Source: a virus (Duplodnaviria > Caudoviricetes). Taken from it: 25,325 nt of DNA. Every line of letters starts with the position of its first letter. The first letter of the stretch is position 1. The stretch covers positions 1 to 25,325 of the IMG/VR virus record IMGVR_UViG_3300030095_002591; one strand, 5' to 3'. The position numbers and the translations under genes were made by a program. Positions 1 to 8,089 of the stretch are shown here, piece after piece. The notes below the pieces were generated by a model that had not been told where the DNA came from, made no database searches, and saw nothing but the letters and a program-made list of their open reading frames with translations.

Positions 1-2
1 CA

Positions 3-614
3 GTTTACGTTTCTCAATCAGTAATATTATGGCGACCTAGAAAAGATGGTGGCGGTATTTTAGCTCGTGCTGATGACGGAATTCACTGGGATCGACCAAG
101 CCAAGAATTTGAGGTAAAGCTAGACACTGGGCAAAAGGTTATTTGGAACACCGGAGCTACAGTGCAACAAGGTGGCTTAACTAATTTTGGTACTATGGAC
201 CCTAATGATAAAAATTCTTATCCAGCTGCTACTAGAATGATTAATATAATAGCGATGTTTCCAGAACACGTAGATCTTAGTCCAGCTGCTATTTCCTTAC
301 AAAGGTCATCTTTTAAGGTAGGTCAGCAATTTGTATCCAAATTAGCTATAAGTAAATTGCCTAGTTGGTCAAGGGTGTTTGATCTTACAAGTAGAAAAGA
401 CCGTAACTCTAATAATGATAGTTACTTTAATTGGCATTTTCAAGCTTCTAATGATACAAGTGGTACAATACCTAAAGCTAGGATTATATCAGAAGAAGAC
501 GTATCTACTTACAGAGGTATGTATGAGCATTTTTCTCAAAAAGGATTTGGCCTTTCTGGTGAAGATGAGCAGGATGATGCAGTTAGTGAAACTGATGATC
601 AGCCCAACTTCTAA
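3..614 (+). CDS. Putative single-stranded DNA-binding protein (5' end outside window)
   Basis: The frame of ORF 162..614 is open back to position 3 (VYVSQSVILWRPRKDGGGILARADDG...), so the gene starts upstream of the window. It has an acidic C-terminal tail ending in Phe (EDEQDDAVSETDDQPNF), as in T7 gp2.5-type SSBs, and lies directly upstream of the polymerase. Confidence 0.55.
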   Translation, partial: VYVSQSVILWRPRKDGGGILARADDGIHWDRPSQEFEVKLDTGQKVIWNTGATVQQGGLTNFGTMDPNDKNSYPAATRMINIIAMFPEHVDLSPAAISLQRSSFKVGQQFVSKLAISKLPSWSRVFDLTSRKDRNSNNDSYFNWHFQASNDTSGTIPKARIISEEDVSTYRGMYEHFSQKGFGLSGEDEQDDAVSETDDQPNF

Positions 615-619
615 TAACA

Positions 620-652
620 GGCCCCCTGCTTGTTGTGGGGGGCCATATTTCT
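620..652 (+). terminator. GC-rich hairpin, possible leaky intrinsic terminator or processing site
   Basis: GGCCCCCTGC-TTGTT-GTGGGGGGCC forms a 10-bp stem (2 G:U pairs) followed by a weak tail, ATATTTCT. It sits between the SSB-like stop (614) and the polymerase RBS (AGGTG, 653-657). Confidence 0.5.
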
Positions 653-661
653 AGGTGTACT

Positions 662-2467
662 ATGACTGATGAATTACTTCAAAGACTTTCTAACTGTAAA
701 AAGGTAGTATTAGATGTTGAAACCTCAGGGCTTGATTGGAAGCGTAATTATGCTGTTGGTTATGTGTTTACTTTTTCTACCAATCCTAATGATAGCTATT
801 ACATACCTGTTCGTCATAGGTATAACAACATTGATAACTTTGATGCCCCGAAAGAAGAAACCTGCCCACACCCCAAAAATCACCCATTTGAAATGGACAT
901 TCATTCTATTTTTAAGCATAGGTCTATACACATCATTGGTCACAATTTAGCATTTGATTTAAAATTCTTACATAGACACAATATAGACATATCTAAGTGT
1001 ACTTTTGAAGATACGATGATTAATGCAGGATTAATTAACGAGTATAGATCGTCCTATTCATTAGAAAATTGTTGTATAGATGCTGGTGTACAGCCTAAAA
1101 AAGGCGGTGACCTATATCAATATTTAAAAAGCAAATTTGGTGGGCCAGATACTAGTAAACAGATGGCTAATTATTGGAAATTAGATGGTCTTGATGAAAT
1201 GGGTACAGAGTATGCTAAAGGGGATGGTACATCAACATATCAATTATGGGAACAACAGCAAAAAGATTTAGACTCTCAAGATCTTAGAAAAATATGGAAT
1301 TTAGAAAATAAAGTAATTAGAGTACTACATAGAATGGTAGTAAGAGGTGTTAAGATTGATGAAGATAGATTAAATAGCGTTTCAAACGTAGTGGCTCAAC
1401 GACTAGAAGAAGCTAATACAAGTCTGCCTAAAGATTTAAATATTAGGTCAGGCGTACAAATGAAAATGCTATTTGACAAAGCTGGTATAACTGACTACCC
1501 TATTACTAGTAAAGGTAATCCATCTTTTACTGAAAACTATTTACTAACTAGTGATCTTGGTCGAAGGATAGTTGCTTCTAGAAAATATGGTAATCTACTT
1601 AATTCTTTTATATCACCTATGAACACACACATATTTAAAGGAAGAATACACACTGAATTTAATCAATCTAGATCAGATCAATTTGGCACTATAACAGGAC
1701 GACTTAGCTCTTCTAGACCCAATATGCAACAAGTACCTAAAAGAAATAAAGAATTAGGACAATTGTTTAGGTCAGTGTTTGTACCAGATAAGGGTATGAT
1801 ATGGGGTAGTGTAGACTATAGTCAATGTGAACCACGATTACTAGCGCATTATTCAAAATGCAAAGTGTTGTTAGCTGGATATTTGTCTGATCCACCTATA
1901 GACGCACACACGGCTGTTGCGAATGCTGCTAACATTGATAGAGATTCTGGTAAAAGACTTAACCAAGGTCTATTAACTGGTATGGGTAAAGCTAAATTAA
2001 TTGCTGAATTAGGGGTATCTGAGGTTGAAGGCGAAAAGATTTGGACTGACTATTTCACATCAATGCCTGAGATAAAAATACTTCAAAGGAAAGCTGCTGA
2101 TAGAATGAAATCTATTGGATTTGTAAAAAGCATAATGGGCAGAAAAGCACGTATGGATAGAAGGTCTGGTTATGACATGAGTTACAAAGCTATAAATAGG
2201 CTATTACAGTGTGGTAATGCTGATATTATTAAACAAGCTATGGTAAATATAGATAATTATTTAGAAGCTAATGGAGACAGAGTAAATATGTTATTAAGTA
2301 TACATGATTCAATTGATTTTCAATTTTGTGAAGAAGATAGACAACATTTTAACACAGCTTTAGAAATAATGCAGGACTTTGGTCCTAAAAAGACTATTGA
2401 GCTACAAGTTCCAATGGTAGTAGATGTCGGAGAAGGTAACAATTGGTCGGAGGCCAGCTATGGATGA
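662..2467 (+). CDS. polA: Family A DNA polymerase with 3'-5' exonuclease (putative Z-selective DpoZ-type)
   Basis: Exo I (LDVETSGL), Exo II (HNLAFDL), Exo III (YAKGD), TGRLSSSRPNMQQVP, motif A (DYSQCEPRLLAH), motif B (RDSGKRLNQGLLTGMG) and motif C (IHDSI) are present. Start placed at ATG 662 after RBS AGGTG, because GTG 635 lies inside the hairpin. The DpoZ label rests on gene context only. Confidence 0.95.
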   Translation: MTDELLQRLSNCKKVVLDVETSGLDWKRNYAVGYVFTFSTNPNDSYYIPVRHRYNNIDNFDAPKEETCPHPKNHPFEMDIHSIFKHRSIHIIGHNLAFDLKFLHRHNIDISKCTFEDTMINAGLINEYRSSYSLENCCIDAGVQPKKGGDLYQYLKSKFGGPDTSKQMANYWKLDGLDEMGTEYAKGDGTSTYQLWEQQQKDLDSQDLRKIWNLENKVIRVLHRMVVRGVKIDEDRLNSVSNVVAQRLEEANTSLPKDLNIRSGVQMKMLFDKAGITDYPITSKGNPSFTENYLLTSDLGRRIVASRKYGNLLNSFISPMNTHIFKGRIHTEFNQSRSDQFGTITGRLSSSRPNMQQVPKRNKELGQLFRSVFVPDKGMIWGSVDYSQCEPRLLAHYSKCKVLLAGYLSDPPIDAHTAVANAANIDRDSGKRLNQGLLTGMGKAKLIAELGVSEVEGEKIWTDYFTSMPEIKILQRKAADRMKSIGFVKSIMGRKARMDRRSGYDMSYKAINRLLQCGNADIIKQAMVNIDNYLEANGDRVNMLLSIHDSIDFQFCEEDRQHFNTALEIMQDFGPKKTIELQVPMVVDVGEGNNWSEASYG

Positions 2468-2864
2468 ATTAACTTTACAATCTCGTATAGTAAAAGAAGT
2501 AAAGAAGAAAAAAGGGTGGGCTATTAAAATGGCTAATAGACACCAAGGTGGAGTACCAGATTTATTTATAAAAATGTACACTTTACCAGCTGTATTTATT
2601 GAATGTAAAAAAGATAAACTAGCACTAACTAAACTACAGATTGAGACATTAAAAAGGCTTCACGTAGCTAATATGCCAGCTGGTTGGTTATTATATAAAC
2701 CAGAAGGTAGATTTCATGTAATGTACGTTGGTGCTGATCCAGAAGCGCAGGATTATACTAAAAATTCTCATTGTATTACTTTTGCAGGTAATGATTGGGA
2801 AATAGGGTCAATAATAACTAGTATTAACAGTTGGTCAAAAATTGAAATGGATAAATTAGGATGA
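2460..2864 (+). CDS. VRR-NUC family PD-(D/E)xK nuclease (resolvase-like)
   Basis: Motifs E-x-x-LQ, GVPDL, FIECK and LTKLQ. ATG 2460 overlaps the 3' end of the polymerase gene. Confidence 0.8.
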   Translation: MDELTLQSRIVKEVKKKKGWAIKMANRHQGGVPDLFIKMYTLPAVFIECKKDKLALTKLQIETLKRLHVANMPAGWLLYKPEGRFHVMYVGADPEAQDYTKNSHCITFAGNDWEIGSIITSINSWSKIEMDKLG

Positions 2865-3160
2865 CGAAGCACATAAAATATGATTCTATGAAAAGGAGAT
2901 GGAGATTGTTACCATACGAAGTATTACAGCAAGTAGTAGATATTTTTGATTTTGGTGCAGAAAAGTACGGAGTAAATAATTGGAAAGAGTGTGATGATTG
3001 GGATAGATATTTTGATGCAATGATGAGACACGTAATTGCTTGGCGCACAGGAGAGATAAATGATAAGGAAAGTGGTAAGCACCACTTGGCACACGTAATA
3101 TGTAATGCGTGGTTTTTAATATGGGCAGATAATAATAAGGTGAAAAATGAGCGTGTATAA
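2861..3160 (+). CDS. dATP/dGTP diphosphohydrolase (DUF5664-type), likely dGMP supplier for PurZ
   Basis: Family pattern KYD-x-x-K...LLP...FGAEKYG-x-x-NW...Y-x-DAMMRH...W-x-x-GE-x-x-D-x-ESG-x-x-HLAH-x-x-CN. ATGA overlap with the upstream gene; adjacent to purZ. Confidence 0.85.
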   Translation: MTKHIKYDSMKRRWRLLPYEVLQQVVDIFDFGAEKYGVNNWKECDDWDRYFDAMMRHVIAWRTGEINDKESGKHHLAHVICNAWFLIWADNNKVKNERV

Positions 3161-4253
3161 ACATGAGTATAAATATATAAGAAAAGGTACAGCTTCAGTA
3201 TTAGTAGATGGACAATTTGGGTCTACTGGTAAAGGATTATTGGCTGCATTTCTAGCTTTACAATCATGTAATGAAGTAGATATAGCTACAACAAATGCTA
3301 GTGCAAATGCAGGTCATTGGACTAAATTTATAGAAACACCAGATAAAAATTTTTGTTGTTTTCATTTGCCTACTTTTGGTGTTATACAAGAAGATGCACT
3401 TATATATATCAATTCAGGCGCAATAATTAATGTAGATTTATTAATGCAAGAAGTAGACGAAATTGGTATTAATAGTAGTAGGATTATTATCCATCCTAAT
3501 GCGACTATTATTGACCAGTTAGATATAGAAGAAGAAATGAGTCAATTTTCACCTGCAACTAAAATATCCTCTACTAGAAAAGGTGTTGGTGAAGCTTTAG
3601 CTAGAAAAATTAGAAGAGTAGCTGACATTGCTAAAGACAATAAGGTTTTAAAGTCTAGATTTAAGATTGATAGAATTGATCTTAATGACAGGTTAAATCG
3701 TGATGCAAAAGTGTCAGTAGAGGTTCCGCAAGGACACAGCCTATCAATTAATGGGCAATTTTACCCTTATTGCACTTCTAGAAATTGCAACGTAAGTCAA
3801 GGTGTAGCTGACGCTGAAATACACCCAGTTTTTGTAGAAAACGTAGCTATGTCTCTTAGAACATACCCAATTAGAGTAGGATCTATTCCAGGAGAAGGTT
3901 ACAGTGGCGATGTATACCCTGACCAAAAAGAAGTAACATTTAAGGATTTAGAAGTAGAAGAGGAGTATACTACTGTAACAAAACGTGTAAGAAGAATTTT
4001 TACATGGAGTCAATTGCAATTTGAAGAAGCAGTCTCACTTAACAGACCTACTACGATATTTTTAAATTTTTGCAATTACGCTACACCAGAATTGTTAGAT
4101 GATATTATAAAAAGAATGTCTAAATCTTGTAAGACAGCTTTATCTTACCACCCAGACCTATTACTAGGCTGGGGTGCAGAGGTAGAGCAGGTAAAACCCT
4201 CACACATTAACTTAGATGGAGTCAAACCAGATGCCTACTTATATTACGATTAA
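3147..4253 (+). CDS. purZ: PurZ, N6-succino-2-amino-2'-deoxyadenylate synthase (PurA paralogue)
   Basis: PurA-fold motifs DGQFGSTGKG, NAGH, STRKGVG, QG-x-SL, YPYCTSR, RTYPIRVG, TTVTKRVRR and LNFCNY. Ser replaces the catalytic Asp of PurA GDEGKG (codon 3222-3224). NFxN (from 4065) replaces the GTP-specifying TKxD. Both changes are PurZ signatures. Confidence 0.93.
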   Translation: MSVYKHEYKYIRKGTASVLVDGQFGSTGKGLLAAFLALQSCNEVDIATTNASANAGHWTKFIETPDKNFCCFHLPTFGVIQEDALIYINSGAIINVDLLMQEVDEIGINSSRIIIHPNATIIDQLDIEEEMSQFSPATKISSTRKGVGEALARKIRRVADIAKDNKVLKSRFKIDRIDLNDRLNRDAKVSVEVPQGHSLSINGQFYPYCTSRNCNVSQGVADAEIHPVFVENVAMSLRTYPIRVGSIPGEGYSGDVYPDQKEVTFKDLEVEEEYTTVTKRVRRIFTWSQLQFEEAVSLNRPTTIFLNFCNYATPELLDDIIKRMSKSCKTALSYHPDLLLGWGAEVEQVKPSHINLDGVKPDAYLYYD

Positions 4254-4440
4254 AGAGACTATAGAAAAAAAGATACCTGTTACCAAAAATCAATTTGAAG
4301 TACACGGAGTTTGGTCTGAAAATAATGTTCATATATCTATTATGTATAAGCATAAACCTACAGGTAAAATATTTTACGAAGATTGTGAGCAAGTAAGAGA
4401 TAGAAAATTTGACATTGTACCTTTTAATATGGAAAAATAA
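4231..4440 (+). CDS. Small hypothetical protein inside the Z cluster
   Basis: Fills the purZ-datZ gap, overlapping the purZ 3' end and stopping 2 nt before datZ. GGAG at 4218-4221 favours ATG 4231 over ATG 4216. No recognisable motif. Confidence 0.6.
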   Translation: MPTYITIKETIEKKIPVTKNQFEVHGVWSENNVHISIMYKHKPTGKIFYEDCEQVRDRKFDIVPFNMEK

Positions 4441-4442
4441 AT

Positions 4443-4991
4443 ATGCAAATGCTTAATCCAATACATAGAGTATTACAATACGTCCCTAGGTGGGTTATTA
4501 TTAGAACCATAAAGCAACAGTCCGTAGCTGAACATTCGTATTATGTGTCTTTATATGCTACGGTTATCGCTAAATACTTAAACATGAGACTACAAGATAT
4601 CAATTGGATAACACAATACGCTTTAACACATGATTTTAATGAAGCAGTAAGTGGTGACATACCTACTCCATATAAAAATGCATTAATAGTCATTAAAGAT
4701 GATAAATTATTAGCAGTATCTAACCAAGTTGTTGATGAAGTACAAAGCAATGAATCTACAGACCTTAAATATTGCAAAGAAGTAGTAAAAACGGCTGATT
4801 TACTTGAAGCTTGTATGTATCTTAGAGACGAAGAGCATTTAGGCAATACTACAGTAGGCCCTTTACTTGCATTAATAGAGCAGAAATTACTAGAAATAGC
4901 TAAAAGTCTAGACACAGACTTGCCTAGGCTATTGCACGAAAATATATATAAAACGCCTAGAACCCACTTATATAGCCAAGAGGCGTTTTAA
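4443..4991 (+). CDS. datZ: HD-domain (YfbR-like) phosphohydrolase, DatZ-type dATP triphosphohydrolase
   Basis: Motifs VPRWVI, QSVAEHSY, LTHDFNEAVSGDIPTPYK and VKTADLLEA. RW-x-I and GDIPTP match the adenine pocket described for DatZ; located next to purZ. Confidence 0.85.
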   Translation: MQMLNPIHRVLQYVPRWVIIRTIKQQSVAEHSYYVSLYATVIAKYLNMRLQDINWITQYALTHDFNEAVSGDIPTPYKNALIVIKDDKLLAVSNQVVDEVQSNESTDLKYCKEVVKTADLLEACMYLRDEEHLGNTTVGPLLALIEQKLLEIAKSLDTDLPRLLHENIYKTPRTHLYSQEAF

Positions 4992-4992
4992 T

Positions 4993-6360
4993 ATGTATCC
5001 TTGGCACTTAAAAGGCACTCCGTATGCCGTTCAAAATAAAGCTTTAATTAAAGCTAACGGACAAAGAGGCTTTGGATTTTTTATGGAGATGGGGCTAGGT
5101 AAAACGGCTACTGCTTACAACGAATTTGTTAACCTATATACTATGGATTTAGTATCACAGATGATAATTATATGCCCACAGTCGCTAAAACAAGTATGGG
5201 TAGCAGAGGCTAAAGAATGGGAAGTAAAATTAAATATAGAAGCGTGGCCTAAAATTACAGACACGTGGGATATATTAGCTATTAATTATGAAGCTATGAT
5301 CGGTAAAGGGGGCCAATACATAGAAGAACAATTGCAGTTAGGGGGTACTTATCTAGTCTTAGATGAATCAATTCACGTTAAAAATCCTAATGCTAAAAGA
5401 ACTAAAAGGATAATAGGGCTGGCTAGTTATGCTTCTTATGTTAGAATATTGTCTGGTGCACCTATAGTAAAATCACCATTAGATATTTGGGGTCAATTTA
5501 GGTGTATTGGTGAATTAAAAGGTAAAAATCAGTATGCTTTTAGAAATAGATACTGTAAAATGGGCGGGTATTTAGGTAAACAGATAGTAGGAGTAAGAAA
5601 TCATGATGAACTTACATCAATACTAGATCAATCGTCTTTTAGAGCCAAAAAAACGGAGTGGACGGACCTACCAGATACGTTATGCACTACAAGAAGATAT
5701 ACTTTATCTGGAGATCAATATAAACAGTATGAAACGATGCGTAAAGAATTAGTGCTACAAGTTGAAAATGAGACTATTACGGCTCCAATGGTTATAACAC
5801 AGATGATGAAATTACAACAAATCTCTTCTGGTTTTATAATTGATGAGCAAGGTGAAATAAATGAATTAGTATTAGTAGATCAAAATCCTAAACTAATGTT
5901 AGTTAAAGAAATACTAGAAGAAATTAATACTAAAATAATTATTTTTGCATTTTATAAACAGTCGATTAAGTATTTAAGTAATTTAATGAAGCAATTAAAA
6001 ATTACATACTCTACATTAAAAGGTAATCAATCTGAAGAGGACCAAGTGCACAATAAGCAACAATTTAATGAAGGTACAGCTACCGTAATGATAGCACAGC
6101 TTACAGCAGGAAAATATGGTCACACTTTATTAGGATCAAAAGAAAATCCTTGTCACACTACTATTTTTTATGAAAATAATTATGATTTAGATGCTCGTGT
6201 ACAAGCTGAAGCAAGAAATCATCGTCATGGTCAAAACTACCCAGTTACTTATGTAGATATTATAGGCACATCATTAGATGAAAAAATAATACAAGCTTTA
6301 CAAAAAAAGCAATCTATGGCTGAAGCTATTGTAGATTCTATTCAATTATCGGGTCATTAG
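4993..6360 (+). CDS. SNF2-family (SF2) helicase
   Basis: Motif I (MEMGLGKT), Ia (IICPQSL), II (LVLDESIHVKN), III (LSGAP) and VI (QAEARNHRHGQ). Confidence 0.92.
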   Translation: MYPWHLKGTPYAVQNKALIKANGQRGFGFFMEMGLGKTATAYNEFVNLYTMDLVSQMIIICPQSLKQVWVAEAKEWEVKLNIEAWPKITDTWDILAINYEAMIGKGGQYIEEQLQLGGTYLVLDESIHVKNPNAKRTKRIIGLASYASYVRILSGAPIVKSPLDIWGQFRCIGELKGKNQYAFRNRYCKMGGYLGKQIVGVRNHDELTSILDQSSFRAKKTEWTDLPDTLCTTRRYTLSGDQYKQYETMRKELVLQVENETITAPMVITQMMKLQQISSGFIIDEQGEINELVLVDQNPKLMLVKEILEEINTKIIIFAFYKQSIKYLSNLMKQLKITYSTLKGNQSEEDQVHNKQQFNEGTATVMIAQLTAGKYGHTLLGSKENPCHTTIFYENNYDLDARVQAEARNHRHGQNYPVTYVDIIGTSLDEKIIQALQKKQSMAEAIVDSIQLSGH

Positions 6361-6511
6361 GATTGTATTGGGCTACTTCCCCATCACAACAATCCAGGAC
6401 AGGACGTTTACAACGAACACATTCGTAATGCCCTTTCACAAAAACATAGCCTTCACTGCCAACTATTGCACCACACCAAGGACAAGTATCTTCTAAGAAA
6501 CTACTGCTCAC
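6338..6511 (-). CDS. Small Cys-rich putative zinc-ribbon protein
   Basis: CPWC...GHYECVRC...DCCDGE. Last gene of the minus-strand arm. Start uncertain: GTG 6511 after AAGGA, or TTG 6535. Confidence 0.65.
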   Translation of the reverse strand: MSSSFLEDTCPWCGAIVGSEGYVFVKGHYECVRCKRPVLDCCDGEVAQYNPNDPIIE

Positions 6512-6839
6512 ACTCAAACAATCCTTTTTCTTCAAACCACCAATTAGGCGGTTGTGGCTGTAAATCTGTTCCTACTGCTAAAACGCATATTTCATTTTCT
6601 TTTTGAAGCACAGCAGAAAAAGTCGGGTTATCTTTGTCTTTGTTTACATATAATTTAAATAGAATACTGCCGTCATGGGCGGGTCCATACATTAAAATTT
6701 GTTCACCTACTTCTTTATTGCCAGCAATGAAAGCTCCAACAGGCAAGCAAATAGTTGGAAGCATCATAGGTCTAAATTTAGATTGACCTTGAACTTTGAT
6801 AGGGTATAATAAAATAAATAGCACCAGTAATAATTTCAT
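6501..6839 (-). CDS. Hypothetical protein with N-terminal signal peptide
   Basis: MKLLLVLFILLYPIKVQG resembles a signal peptide; two Cys; 4-nt ATGA overlap with the endolysin stop. Confidence 0.7.
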   Translation of the reverse strand: MKLLLVLFILLYPIKVQGQSKFRPMMLPTICLPVGAFIAGNKEVGEQILMYGPAHDGSILFKLYVNKDKDNPTFSAVLQKENEICVLAVGTDLQPQPPNWWFEEKGLFECEQ

Positions 6840-7279
6840 GTTAAGAACAATTTCCTTTCAGCTGCTCTCCTCAATACCAGCCCCTTAAGGATTTTACCGC
6901 CAGCCCTACGCCATTTAGGGAACTCGTCCGCAGCTCCTTCAAAATCACCTCTATTAATCTTCCTTCTTAATGTACTACTTTGCAACCGCCCAGACCCTAA
7001 ATTATAAACAAAGCTCTGTAACGCTGAATGCTCATTTTCGTTTAATTCGACTTTGATAAGGCGATCCACCGCTTTTTCGCTCTTACGGATCTCTCGTAAT
7101 AGTAGCTCTTCGGCTTCATCTTTAGTAATCGAGCGGTGAGATAAGGTGACGCGACTGCCATCAAAGGACCAAGTAGAACCAAATCCAATGGTGGCAACCA
7201 TTGCCGAACAAAAATACGGTTTAGAACGAAATCCTTCAAATGTTTTAATTAAATCTAACCCTGTTTTGTTAATTCTCAT
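6836..7279 (-). CDS. Endolysin, GH24 (T4/P21-like) lysozyme
   Basis: GLDLIKTFEGFRSKPYFCSAMVATIGFG gives an E-x8-C-x5-T triad; also SFVYNLG, SSTL, W-x-x-AGGKILKGLVLRRAAE. Start ATG 7279 forms an ATGA overlap with the holin stop. Confidence 0.93.
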   Translation of the reverse strand: MRINKTGLDLIKTFEGFRSKPYFCSAMVATIGFGSTWSFDGSRVTLSHRSITKDEAEELLLREIRKSEKAVDRLIKVELNENEHSALQSFVYNLGSGRLQSSTLRRKINRGDFEGAADEFPKWRRAGGKILKGLVLRRAAERKLFLT

Positions 7280-7725
7280 TTCTTGGCTCTGTTGATTGCT
7301 CTTCCACCAAACCAAAATGCAATAACGGCTGCGAATAAGGCTTTTGTATCTTCATCCCAAACGGCATTGAGAGCCTCAAGACCACTGATCCCTGATGATG
7401 TGAGCGCAAGGTAAGCTGAGATTTCGACAAAACAAAAGAGCAAGAAGAAAGCGTAGGTAATAACAGGACGGACACTACCACGCAACCCATCCACCCATTT
7501 AACTCCAGTTGGTTGCATTGATTTTTGCAATGCTTCAACTTCACGGATATCTGCTTCAACATTAACCATCTCTAGCTTTTGTATCGCCAATTCTTTTTGT
7601 TGCTTTATCTGCACTTCCATTACAGCAAGCTCGTGCTTTTTGTCGCTTTTGTCTTGAAAATAGTCCATAACTTTGGGCAAAAAACTTGTTCCAAAACCAA
7701 GCAAAGAACCTAAAAGACTTAACAT
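7276..7725 (-). CDS. Holin (3-TM gene-transfer-agent holin family-like)
   Basis: Hydrophobic N-terminus, coiled coil, then SVRPVITY, two hydrophobic helices and FWFGGR. Strong RBS AAGGAG; directly upstream of the endolysin. Confidence 0.8.
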   Translation of the reverse strand: MLSLLGSLLGFGTSFLPKVMDYFQDKSDKKHELAVMEVQIKQQKELAIQKLEMVNVEADIREVEALQKSMQPTGVKWVDGLRGSVRPVITYAFFLLFCFVEISAYLALTSSGISGLEALNAVWDEDTKALFAAVIAFWFGGRAINRAKK

Positions 7726-7770
7726 GATCTACTCCTTTTATTTCTAAACATCTTACAACAGCCATACCTA

Positions 7771-8088
7771 TCATAATTTTTTAAGTTTTTCTATTTTAGC
7801 TTCAATATACTCTAATTTTACAGTATGCCTTTCAGACAATCTACTGTTTTTATCCATTACCTCTGGTGCCATCATTTTAGCAATTACATCTAACCTTTGT
7901 TTAATAGTTGAAAGGCTATTTTCTATTTTGTCAGTCCTGCTATCTGAATCACGCAACCTTTTTTCAACGTCCTTTAACATTTCAGTTAATCGAGCTATTT
8001 GTGCCTTTGCAACAGCTGCTGCTCCAGCCATTGATACAATAATTCCACCTATAGTAGCTAATAACTTTATATCTACAGATCCATCCAT
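7771..8088 (-). CDS. Hypothetical membrane-anchored coiled-coil protein
   Basis: N-terminal hydrophobic helix (LLATIGGIIVSMAGAAAVA) followed by a charged heptad-like region; 1-nt gap from the upstream gene. Confidence 0.7.
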   Translation of the reverse strand: MDGSVDIKLLATIGGIIVSMAGAAAVAKAQIARLTEMLKDVEKRLRDSDSRTDKIENSLSTIKQRLDVIAKMMAPEVMDKNSRLSERHTVKLEYIEAKIEKLKKL

Positions 8089-8089
8089 A

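Noticed and set aside
379-950. Alternative-frame and antisense ORFs 379..654, 714..950 and 725..943
   Set aside because: They overlap well-supported genes and show no motifs or RBS. The same applies to the other short antisense track ORFs over the structural genes.
3147-4253. Ordinary adenylosuccinate synthetase (purA) as an auxiliary metabolic gene
   Set aside because: It lacks the catalytic Asp of GDEGKG and the TKxD motif, and is flanked by dNTP hydrolase genes; PurZ fits better.
7190-7240. Cys in place of Asp in the endolysin catalytic triad
   Set aside because: E-x8-C-x5-T is a known GH24 variant (as in P1 Lyz), so it is not novel.
7269-7490. Possible embedded o-spanin lipoprotein (LSSC lipobox) in an alternative frame of the holin
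   Set aside because: There is no basic n-region or convincing RBS, and the host gene is a holin rather than an i-spanin; probably chance.
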